DNA of 32,000 nucleotides from an uncultured Clostridia bacterium (GTDB lineage Bacteria; Bacillota; Clostridia; Christensenellales; JAWKQI01): NCBI GenBank assembly GCA_964453645.1, contig CAYVRJ010000011.1, positions 20,294 to 52,293 of the forward strand, read 5' to 3'. Shown piece by piece: positions 24,953 to 32,000 of this stretch (position 1 is its first letter; each line of letters starts with the position of its first letter). The notes under the pieces were generated by a model. It saw only the letters and a program-made list of their open reading frames with translations, ran no database searches and was not told where the DNA came from. The position numbers and the translations under genes were made by a program.

Positions 24953-24988
24953 AATAAAAAAACCGAATCTGTTTCATCACATTCGGTT
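24953..24988 (-). terminator. Rho-independent terminator of the downstream ABC operon
   Basis: Minus strand AACCGAAT GTGATGAAACAG ATTCGGTT followed by TTTTTATTTT. Confidence 0.85.
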
Positions 24989-25023
24989 CTGTTTAAAAAA
25001 TATATAAGGGGACTTGCCACAAC

Positions 25024-25818
25024 TTAGGACAACAGCATCTCGTCCGTCTCTTCCTGTGCCCCAGCCAACTGGGCAAATTTGCTTATGAGATCGGCTTTTT
25101 TAAGCTGTTTCTTCTCTTCCCCGGAGATATCTAAAATAATTTTTCCCAAATTCATCATGATCAACCGGTTTCCGTGGCGAATGGCATCGGACATATTGTG
25201 GGTGATCATCATTGCAGTGAGGTTATTTTCCGCAATAATTTGTTCCGTCAACTCTAAGACTTTGGCAGCAGTTGCCGGATCCAGCGCTGCCGTGTGTTCA
25301 TCCAGCAGCAAAAGCTTTGGTTTTTTCAGCGTTGCCATTAAGAGGGTGAGCGCTTGCCGCTGCCCTCCGGAGAGTAACCCAACTTTGGAAGTCATTCTGC
25401 CTTCCAATCCCAAACCAAGCTTTTTTAAATACTCGTGGTAACGCTCCCGCTCGGACTTTAAAATGCCCCATTTTAAGGTGCGCTTTTCTCCCCGGCGCAG
25501 GGCAAGGGCTAAATTTTCGTCGATGCCCATGTTTGCTGCCGTGCCCATCATTGGATCTTGAAAGATGTGTCCAATATATCCCGCACGCTTGTGTTCGGGC
25601 AGGGACGAAACGTCACTTCCGTTGATAATGATGGAACCCTCGTCGATGGGCCAAACGCCCGCCACAGCGTTGAGCATGGTGGATTTACCCGCTCCGTTGC
25701 CCCCGATGACGGTAATAAAATCACCTTCGTTTATTTTTAAATCAATGCCGCAAAGGGCTTTCTTTTCGTTAATGGTTCCTATATTAAAGGTCTTATGGAT
25801 ATTGACAAGCTCTAACAT
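25024..25818 (-). CDS. ABC transporter ATP-binding protein
   Basis: Walker A VIGGNGAGKSTMLNAVAG, signature LLSGGQRQALTLLMATL, Walker B KLLLLDEHTAALDP. Confidence 0.95.
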   Translation of the reverse strand: MLELVNIHKTFNIGTINEKKALCGIDLKINEGDFITVIGGNGAGKSTMLNAVAGVWPIDEGSIIINGSDVSSLPEHKRAGYIGHIFQDPMMGTAANMGIDENLALALRRGEKRTLKWGILKSERERYHEYLKKLGLGLEGRMTSKVGLLSGGQRQALTLLMATLKKPKLLLLDEHTAALDPATAAKVLELTEQIIAENNLTAMMITHNMSDAIRHGNRLIMMNLGKIILDISGEEKKQLKKADLISKFAQLAGAQEETDEMLLS

Positions 25819-26760
25819 TTACTTCACCTTCCCTTTGCCCAAACTCTTAAAGGAGTTTTTGGACTTTGCACGAAGATAAGGGATCGCAAGGAAAATTGCC
25901 ACAATGACTGCTGTGAGCAACTTTAGCATATCTGTGGGCATTTTTAACCACATGACGATGCCAATGACTAAATAATACACCACACCGCCTAAAATGACAA
26001 AAGCCAAACGAAGGGCGAAATTTACATTCTTCCCAACAATCACTTCGCCGATGATCACAGCGGCTAAGCCGATGACAATTGCACCCTGTCCCATTTTAAT
26101 ATCCGCAAACCCTTGAAATTGCGTCATCAGGGCACCGGACAGTGCAACCAATCCGTTTGATAGACACAAAGCGATGACCTTCATCACATTGATGTTAATG
26201 CCCAGCGCTTTAGCCATATTGGGGTTGCTGCCCGTGGCTCTCAGTGCACTGCCCTGCTCTGTGCCAAAGTACCAGTAGAGCAGACAAATTAATGCACCAC
26301 CAAATAAAACCACGGTCAATATGGAACCCCATACATCCCGCAAGCTCACCATCAGTGAGTACTTGTCCACATTCACTGCTTTGTTGGCTCCCCCAAGGAT
26401 TAATAGGTTCACAGACCAAAGGGAGATTTGTGTGAGGATTCCCGCTAAAATGCCGGGAATGCCCAGGACAGTGTGCAAGATTCCGGTGATGCAACCCGCA
26501 ATCACCCCGACGATTACAGCAACGACAATCGCCAGGGGAGCGGGCACACCCGAAACAATTAAAACAACAGCCACAGCCCCTCCGGTTGCAAAGGAGCCGT
26601 CGACAGTTAGATCAGCAAAATCCAGCAAACGATATGTAATGAACACACCCAAAGCCATCATACCCCAAATGATACCTTGGGCAATATTACCCGGCAGGGC
26701 AGACAGCAGGTTCACGGGGTTTAGGGATGAGAAGTACTCAAGCACATTCATAACAATCAT
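25819..26760 (-). CDS. ABC transporter permease (TrpY/LivH-like)
   Basis: 313 aa. NIAQGIIWGMMALGVFITYRLLDFADLTVDGSFATGGAVAV...SLVALSGALMTQFQGFADIKMGQG-type region (seen as GLVALSGALMTQFQGFADIKMGQG). Confidence 0.9.
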   Translation of the reverse strand: MIVMNVLEYFSSLNPVNLLSALPGNIAQGIIWGMMALGVFITYRLLDFADLTVDGSFATGGAVAVVLIVSGVPAPLAIVVAVIVGVIAGCITGILHTVLGIPGILAGILTQISLWSVNLLILGGANKAVNVDKYSLMVSLRDVWGSILTVVLFGGALICLLYWYFGTEQGSALRATGSNPNMAKALGININVMKVIALCLSNGLVALSGALMTQFQGFADIKMGQGAIVIGLAAVIIGEVIVGKNVNFALRLAFVILGGVVYYLVIGIVMWLKMPTDMLKLLTAVIVAIFLAIPYLRAKSKNSFKSLGKGKVK

Positions 26761-26786
26761 TTCCTTTCCTGGAGGCCTAGGTCTCT

Positions 26787-27785
26787 TTACTCTGCAATGG
26801 GTTCGTAGTTACTGGGGGGAACAATATTCAACTCTTCGCAAATTTTTGCGTTGTATAACTGAGTGAATTTGGGTGCATACCGTATTTCCATTGCTGCGGG
26901 ATCGGCACCGTTCACTAAAATCTCATACGCCATTTCACCAGTAGTATATCCAAGATCGTAGTAACTAATAGAGAGTGTGGCCACACCACATCCCTTGCAG
27001 ATGCCCTCTTCTCCAGCGATTACGGGAATCTTAGCGGGTACGCAAATGTTTTTCACGATTTCTGCGTTGGATGCAACAGCGTTGTCGGTGGGAACATAAA
27101 TCACTTCGCTGTCCGCAGCGGCAGCAGTGACAACCGATTGCAGATCATTAGAATCCGAAAAGGTGTAGTCCTTGCAGGTATATCCCATGTCTGTCAAGTG
27201 CTTGGAGATCACCTGTGCCTGATACTTGGAGTTGGGTTCTGCCGAGCAATAGAGTATGCCCACTTTTTTGGCATCGGGGAACAGTTCGTTTAACATTTTT
27301 GCCTGCTGATCCAAAGGAGCCAGGTCGGAAGTTCCCGAAACGTTTTTACCCGTAACACCCGTCCAGTCGCTGATATCCAGGGCTGTGCCGTAGTCGGTTA
27401 CTGAGGTTCCCAGAATGGGAATTTTATCCGTTGCCGTTTGTGCCGCTTGCAGGGCAGGTGTTGCATTTGCCATAATCAGATCCACATTAGAAGAGACAAA
27501 CTGGTTGGCAATCACCGCACAAGTGGGTGAATCTCCCGAAGCGTTTTGTTCGTCAAACGTGATTTGATCCCCCAACTTTTCTTTGAGGGCATCTTTAAAC
27601 CCTTGGGTGGCCGCATCCAGCGCTGGATGTTGTACCAATTGACAAATTCCAACAGTGTAGGTCTTTGCCTCAGCAGCAGGTTGGCTGTTCTCTTTAGATG
27701 GCTCAGGTGCAGCAGGTGCTCCGCACGCTGCCAAGGCCATCAGGATTACGATTGCTAGTGTCAGTGCAACAATTTTGTTTTTCAT
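26787..27785 (-). CDS. ABC transporter substrate-binding lipoprotein (TrpX/ABC_sub_bind family)
   Basis: Lipobox LMALAACG, YTVGICQLVQHPALDAATQGFKDALKEKLGDQITFDEQNASGDSPTCAVIANQFVSSNVDLIMANATPAL. Best start ATG 27785 (AGGAGG 7 nt upstream); tracked start 27803. Confidence 0.9.
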   Translation of the reverse strand: MKNKIVALTLAIVILMALAACGAPAAPEPSKENSQPAAEAKTYTVGICQLVQHPALDAATQGFKDALKEKLGDQITFDEQNASGDSPTCAVIANQFVSSNVDLIMANATPALQAAQTATDKIPILGTSVTDYGTALDISDWTGVTGKNVSGTSDLAPLDQQAKMLNELFPDAKKVGILYCSAEPNSKYQAQVISKHLTDMGYTCKDYTFSDSNDLQSVVTAAAADSEVIYVPTDNAVASNAEIVKNICVPAKIPVIAGEEGICKGCGVATLSISYYDLGYTTGEMAYEILVNGADPAAMEIRYAPKFTQLYNAKICEELNIVPPSNYEPIAE

Positions 27786-27826
27786 TTTCATCCTCCTTAG
27801 CACTTAAAGTCGCTTACATATATTTT

Positions 27827-27847
27827 ATTCTTACATAATGTAAGAAT
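27827..27847. promoter_or_regulatory. Perfect 21-nt palindrome upstream of the ABC operon, putative operator
   Basis: ATTCTTACAT-A-ATGTAAGAAT, with an extra half-site CTTACATA at about 27813-27820. Confidence 0.75.
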
Positions 27848-27980
27848 TTTTCACATTTTGTTTGAAAACCTACAAATTAGTATAGAGATTTTAACCGAAA
27901 ATGTCAATCCCAGCGATCTATGTTTTCAGATCCCTCCTGTGTAATTTTTCAAAGAAATGTACCCAAAACAAACCCTTTAC

Positions 27981-28010
27981 TTGACATTTTGTGCATAATA
28001 ATGCTATAAA
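27981..28010 (+). promoter_or_regulatory. Promoter of the PBP gene
   Basis: TTGACA (27981-27986) - 18 nt - TATAAA (28005-28010), then an AGGGGG RBS before ATG 28049. Confidence 0.75.
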
Positions 28011-28048
28011 ATCTATATACGCACCCGCAAGCTTAGGGGGATTTACAC

Positions 28049-30334
28049 ATGAGCAAAAAATTGATCGTTATTTTAAGTACCATTCTGCTCTCTGCCGCAG
28101 TCATTTTAACCGGGGTGATCTTGTATCCAACGGTGTTTGGCCCATCGGATGTGCAGGGTGGGGAAAATAAAAAGCCTGTTCAGCCCGATGAATGGATGCT
28201 CCACTATTTTACCCTATTAAACGAAGGCCGTTACGAGGAACTGTACCCGAAGCTCAGCGATCACAGCCAAGGGATGATCTCCCAAGAGGATTTCGTTGAA
28301 AAGCATCAAAATATCTATGGCGGCATTGGGGCAGCCAACCTCTCTGTTACTATTAAAAAAGTTTCTGATTATACTCCCAAAGACGAGACAACAGTGAAAA
28401 CAAACGGAAAAGTGGTGGAATACACCTTAGGTTTAGATACCACTGCCGGTAAAATAACGTTAACCAACAGTGCCCGACTCACCCAAGATGAAAATGAACA
28501 ATATCGTTTGGAGTGGAGCCCGCAGTCCATCTTTCCCTCCCTCACCTGGCAGGACAAGGTGCGGGTGAACACCACAAAAGCACAGCGAGGTTGTATTTAT
28601 GATCGGAACGGCGAAATACTCGCTGGGCCGGGCATTGCCTCTGCCGTTGGTTTTGTGCCCGGCAAGATGCGCAAGGCGGCAGACGTGCAACCAACAGAGG
28701 CACCCGATGACATACCCACCCAAACGCCCAGCAAAACAAACGATCAAAAGGCTGAGAATAATAAACAACCAAAGGCCAGCGAAAAACCCAAGGAAGGCGA
28801 GAAGGCTCCGGTGGATGAAAAGCCCCCAGTGGACGAGCAACAGCCTGCTGCAAGTACAACACCTTTGGAGGATTTGCCCGATACGCCCTATTCTCTGGAC
28901 GACATTGTATTTATTGCAGAGCGGTTGGAGATGACCCCCGAGAGTATCATTAAAAAACTAAACGCTTCGTATGTGAAGGACGACACGTTTGTGTTGTTAA
29001 AAACCGTATCCAAGGAGGCGTATCCCCTCAAGGAAGAATTACTCACCATCCCCGGCATTAAGATCAGCGATACCCCCGTGCGGTATTACCCCATGGGTGA
29101 AAAGGCCTCCCACTTGGTGGGTTACATTCAGGGTATCAACGCCGAAGAGCTGGAAGCCATGAAAGATCAGGGTTACCATATGAACAGTTTGATCGGCAAG
29201 GCTGGTTTGGAAAAAATTTATGAAGAACAACTCCGCGCCTCCGACGGCTGCGAGATTATAGTCGTGGACGGGACAGGTAAGACAAAAGAGACGTTGGCAA
29301 AAAGGGAACCCTCCGACGGCCAAGACATCACCCTAACCATCGACGCACAGATACAGGATCAGCTCTACAGCTTGTTTTGCGAAGATAAGGGCAACTCAGT
29401 GGCTATGAACCCCAAGACCGGGGAAGTGCTGGCCCTTGTGAGTACGCCGTCCTACGATGCCAACGACTTTGTGTTGGGTTTGTCCTCCAGCAAGTGGGCA
29501 GCCCTCAACGAGGACGAAAACAAACCCATGTTCAACCGCTTTAAAGCAGCACTGTGCCCCGGTTCCACCATGAAGGCCATCACGGCCGCAATTGCTTTAA
29601 ACACGGGGGTCGTTGCCCCCAAGGACGATTTTGGGGCAAGCGGGCTCAAGTGGCGCAAGGACAACACTTGGGGCGGATATTATATTACCACCACCAAGGC
29701 CTACGAGGGAGCTGCCAACGTGGAGAATGCTCTCGTCTACTCGGACAACATTTATTTTGCCAAAGCTGCCATGAAGATCGGTGCAGATCGGTTTGCACAG
29801 GAGCTTGTGAACATTGGCTTCGAGGAGCGAATCCCCTTTGAATACGGGCTGTACTCCTCCATTATTTCGTCCACCGAAACCTTTACATCCGAAATACAGT
29901 TGGCGGACAGCGGGTTCGGCCAGGGGCAAATTCTCACAAACCCCATTCATTTGGCAACCATCTACGCTGCTTTTGTGAACGAGGGTAACATCATTCAGCC
30001 CACCCTGCGCTACGGCAGCTCCCCCACCTTTTGGAAGGAAGGAGCTTTTTCACCCGAAACGGCAACGACCATTAAAAACGCATTAATTCAGGTGGTGGAG
30101 CGGGGAACGGGAACCGAAGCCAAAATTGCCGGAAAGAAACTTGGCGGAAAGACGGGCACGGCAGAGATTAAACAATCCAAAGAGGATGAGACGGGCACGG
30201 AATTGGGTTGGTTTGTGCTCTTCACTGCGGACAATTCCTCGTCTCCCCTGCTGGTTGTTTCCATGGTGGAAGATGTGAAAGGCCGGGGAGGCAGCCACTA
30301 TGTGGTGCCCAAGGTGAAGGCGCTGTTTGAATAG
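28049..30334 (+). CDS. Class B penicillin-binding protein (PBP2a/PBP3-like, NTF2-like MecA_N domain plus transpeptidase)
   Basis: 761 aa. RGCIYDRNGEILAGPG..., STMK active site in CPGSTMKAITA, SDN in YSDNIYFAK, KTG in GGKTGTAEI. Confidence 0.93.
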   Translation: MSKKLIVILSTILLSAAVILTGVILYPTVFGPSDVQGGENKKPVQPDEWMLHYFTLLNEGRYEELYPKLSDHSQGMISQEDFVEKHQNIYGGIGAANLSVTIKKVSDYTPKDETTVKTNGKVVEYTLGLDTTAGKITLTNSARLTQDENEQYRLEWSPQSIFPSLTWQDKVRVNTTKAQRGCIYDRNGEILAGPGIASAVGFVPGKMRKAADVQPTEAPDDIPTQTPSKTNDQKAENNKQPKASEKPKEGEKAPVDEKPPVDEQQPAASTTPLEDLPDTPYSLDDIVFIAERLEMTPESIIKKLNASYVKDDTFVLLKTVSKEAYPLKEELLTIPGIKISDTPVRYYPMGEKASHLVGYIQGINAEELEAMKDQGYHMNSLIGKAGLEKIYEEQLRASDGCEIIVVDGTGKTKETLAKREPSDGQDITLTIDAQIQDQLYSLFCEDKGNSVAMNPKTGEVLALVSTPSYDANDFVLGLSSSKWAALNEDENKPMFNRFKAALCPGSTMKAITAAIALNTGVVAPKDDFGASGLKWRKDNTWGGYYITTTKAYEGAANVENALVYSDNIYFAKAAMKIGADRFAQELVNIGFEERIPFEYGLYSSIISSTETFTSEIQLADSGFGQGQILTNPIHLATIYAAFVNEGNIIQPTLRYGSSPTFWKEGAFSPETATTIKNALIQVVERGTGTEAKIAGKKLGGKTGTAEIKQSKEDETGTELGWFVLFTADNSSSPLLVVSMVEDVKGRGGSHYVVPKVKALFE

Positions 30335-30479
30335 ATACCACCCTTTATTCTTGTATCTTAAAAATAAACCATGGGTATATCCCAGAAACGCACTGCCTTA
30401 AATGGCAATTTCCAGTCTGATATACCCATAGGTAATATTATATTTGTTATTTCTGGCATGGACTACGCCGTTGATACCC

Positions 30480-31922
30480 TCACTGGGTGAAATCCGAAGC
30501 ACTTTCGCTGTAAAAATCCCCTCTGGTGCCCGAAGAAATCACATAGGAGCCACCGGCCTCAAACGTGTAGGGATCGGTGGAGATATAACTGCCCTCCTCG
30601 CCAAAAGCCAACTCATCGCTAATCCATTTGCTGCCCTCGGCAATCTTTAAAATATATTGTCCCGCCGGAAAGCGAAGGACACACTTGGATTTTGGGTTGA
30701 TAAACACCGTTCTGATTTCCGCACCTTTAGCCACATTACCCGCTTCAAAGAGTTTGACACAGCTTGCCAACTCCTTTGTAGTAATGTTTAGTTCGGCAAA
30801 GTTTTTATTCAGCGGATCGCTTTGGGTGGGATTTTGAAACACTAGGTTGGAAACCGCACCGGGAACGGGTAACACATCACTTCCGTCTGTTTTCATGTAG
30901 TATACATCGTCGCCCTTATGGTGACTTTTAAAAAAGAGATAGTCCCCCACGATATTCATATTTAAAGCAAAGTGCTCTTCATTGATATACCTGTGTTCCT
31001 CTGTTGTCAGATCGTATTGTTCAATGCGCCCAAGTTCAATGTCGTTTTCATCAAAATATTCATCCGTGGCGTAATAATACCCTCCGCCAAAAGCCCCGAT
31101 TTGTTCAAATGTTCGGCTGGCATACTCCGAAGCGCTGGGTGCATCGATGGGTGCTGTGTACATATAACCAATGTCATCCATACACCATAGGGTTTTATCT
31201 TGCACCGCAACCCATCGAATCCATTTGTCCTTAATTTTTGTCTCCCCACTGCCGTCTGCACGTATGCGGTATAAATGGCCATTCACTTGAATCTGCTCGT
31301 CATACGTCTCCATTTCTTCAAATTCGTGAATGCCATACACCGTGTTTTCAACAAAAAACACATACCCGTCGCTGACCACCGCAAAGGTACAATGTCGATC
31401 CGAAAGCTTCTGCTTGCCGCTCCCGTCGGTCTTGATGCGATACGGTTTGTTTTCATCGCTGATATTGACATAATAGATATACTGCCCCATGACCTGGACA
31501 TAATGGCTGATATCGTCGGTGATCAACGTCTTTTCTCCGCTGGTTATGTGCACACGGTAAATGTTATACGCATCCTCCCTTGTGCTCACATAGTAGAGAT
31601 ATTCGTCCAGCACGTTTAAAAAAGCTGCCTGATCGTTTGTGACGATGGTACGCTGGCTGCCGTCGGGTTTCATTTTTGCAATGCTAAAGCCCTGTACGGT
31701 ATCCTCCAGCGCATAGTAAAGCCATTCCCCGTCGGTTGTTGCCAACCCCCCTCCCAAGATATTGTTGGCAGAGTTGCCGCACCTGAAATCCTCTTGCGTT
31801 TGTTTCTCTTCGGCTTTTTCCTCTTGCACAGGCATTTCTGGGGTTGCGCTTTGTACAGCGCAAGCGGACAGTAGGATGAGTACTGCCAAATACAAACCAA
31901 TTATATTTTTGTTACGTTTCAT
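30480..31922 (-). CDS. DUF5050-like beta-propeller lipoprotein
   Basis: 480 aa. Lipobox LLSACAVQ, repeated WLYYALED..GFSIAKMKPDGSQRTIV / YIYYVNISDENKPYRIKTDGSGKQKLSD / GHLYRIRADGSGETKIKD. Confidence 0.8.
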   Translation of the reverse strand: MKRNKNIIGLYLAVLILLSACAVQSATPEMPVQEEKAEEKQTQEDFRCGNSANNILGGGLATTDGEWLYYALEDTVQGFSIAKMKPDGSQRTIVTNDQAAFLNVLDEYLYYVSTREDAYNIYRVHITSGEKTLITDDISHYVQVMGQYIYYVNISDENKPYRIKTDGSGKQKLSDRHCTFAVVSDGYVFFVENTVYGIHEFEEMETYDEQIQVNGHLYRIRADGSGETKIKDKWIRWVAVQDKTLWCMDDIGYMYTAPIDAPSASEYASRTFEQIGAFGGGYYYATDEYFDENDIELGRIEQYDLTTEEHRYINEEHFALNMNIVGDYLFFKSHHKGDDVYYMKTDGSDVLPVPGAVSNLVFQNPTQSDPLNKNFAELNITTKELASCVKLFEAGNVAKGAEIRTVFINPKSKCVLRFPAGQYILKIAEGSKWISDELAFGEEGSYISTDPYTFEAGGSYVISSGTRGDFYSESASDFTQ

Positions 31923-31931
31923 TCAGTGTTC

Positions 31932-32000
31932 CTACTTTCTGCTGTAGTCGCCCGTGAGCACTGCTTGGGCTTTCACATGCCCCTCCATAGCACTTTCCAA
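31932..32000 (-). CDS. C-terminal end of a gene cut by the right window edge
   Basis: Open minus-strand frame ending ...LESAMEGHVKAQAVLTGDYSRK*, directly upstream of the DUF5050-like gene. Family not identifiable. Confidence 0.4.
   Translation of the reverse strand: MESAMEGHVKAQAVLTGDYSRK

Noticed and set aside
27804-27960. T-box or riboswitch in the leader of the TrpX-like ABC operon
   Set aside because: The leader is short and AT-rich. No T-box sequence (TGGNACCGCG-like) or recognised aptamer core could be found, only a palindrome.
29597-29950. 117-aa minus-strand ORF opposite the PBP transpeptidase domain
   Set aside because: Shadow of the transpeptidase coding region, with no RBS or homology pattern.
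1-32000. rRNA, tRNA, IS element, phage genes or defense system (RM, CBASS, Cas)
   Set aside because: No conserved protein motifs, clover-leaf or rRNA signatures, or transposase-like ORFs were seen in any frame of the provided track.

Overview
32 kb chromosomal segment from a low-GC Gram-positive bacterium, probably Clostridia-like. Most genes lie on the minus strand. Main blocks, left to right: (i) a TetR regulator cut by the left edge; (ii) an SRPBCC-MarR operon followed by gene remnants, including a short HXXEE-like ORF; (iii) YaiI/YqxD (DUF188), YwbE, the C-terminal half of a SAM methyltransferase, and a 51-aa membrane miniprotein carrying the GGADGPTA signature of Na+-translocating decarboxylase beta subunits; (iv) a YesL/DUF624 protein; (v) a GntR/FCD - sugar ABC transporter (SBP plus two permeases, no ATPase) - Cys/Met-metabolism PLP enzyme operon; (vi) a candidate unannotated type I toxin-antitoxin locus at about 9.36-9.66 kb, with a 30-aa hydrophobic peptide, 5'/3' complementary mRNA ends and a perfect consensus antisense promoter; (vii) an FMN-binding membrane protein and a putative Imm-5-like immunity protein; (viii) a 13.6-kb operon of the poorly understood yhf type: yhfZ, yhfY-like PRD, NCS1 permease, hyuB, hyuA, yhfU, yhfT, yhfS, yhfX, yhfW, HPr and EI. 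It lacks the yhfV/php gene of the E. coli cluster and instead has an ATP-dependent hydantoinase/oxoprolinase pair, a cytosine/purine-type permease and private PTS phosphocarriers; (ix) a TrpX-like ABC transporter (SBP, permease, ATPase); (x) a PBP2a/PBP3-like transpeptidase with a charged Pro-rich insert; (xi) a DUF5050-like lipoprotein. No rRNA, tRNA, CRISPR array or transposase was recognised. Product names rest on recalled sequence motifs, since no database search was run.
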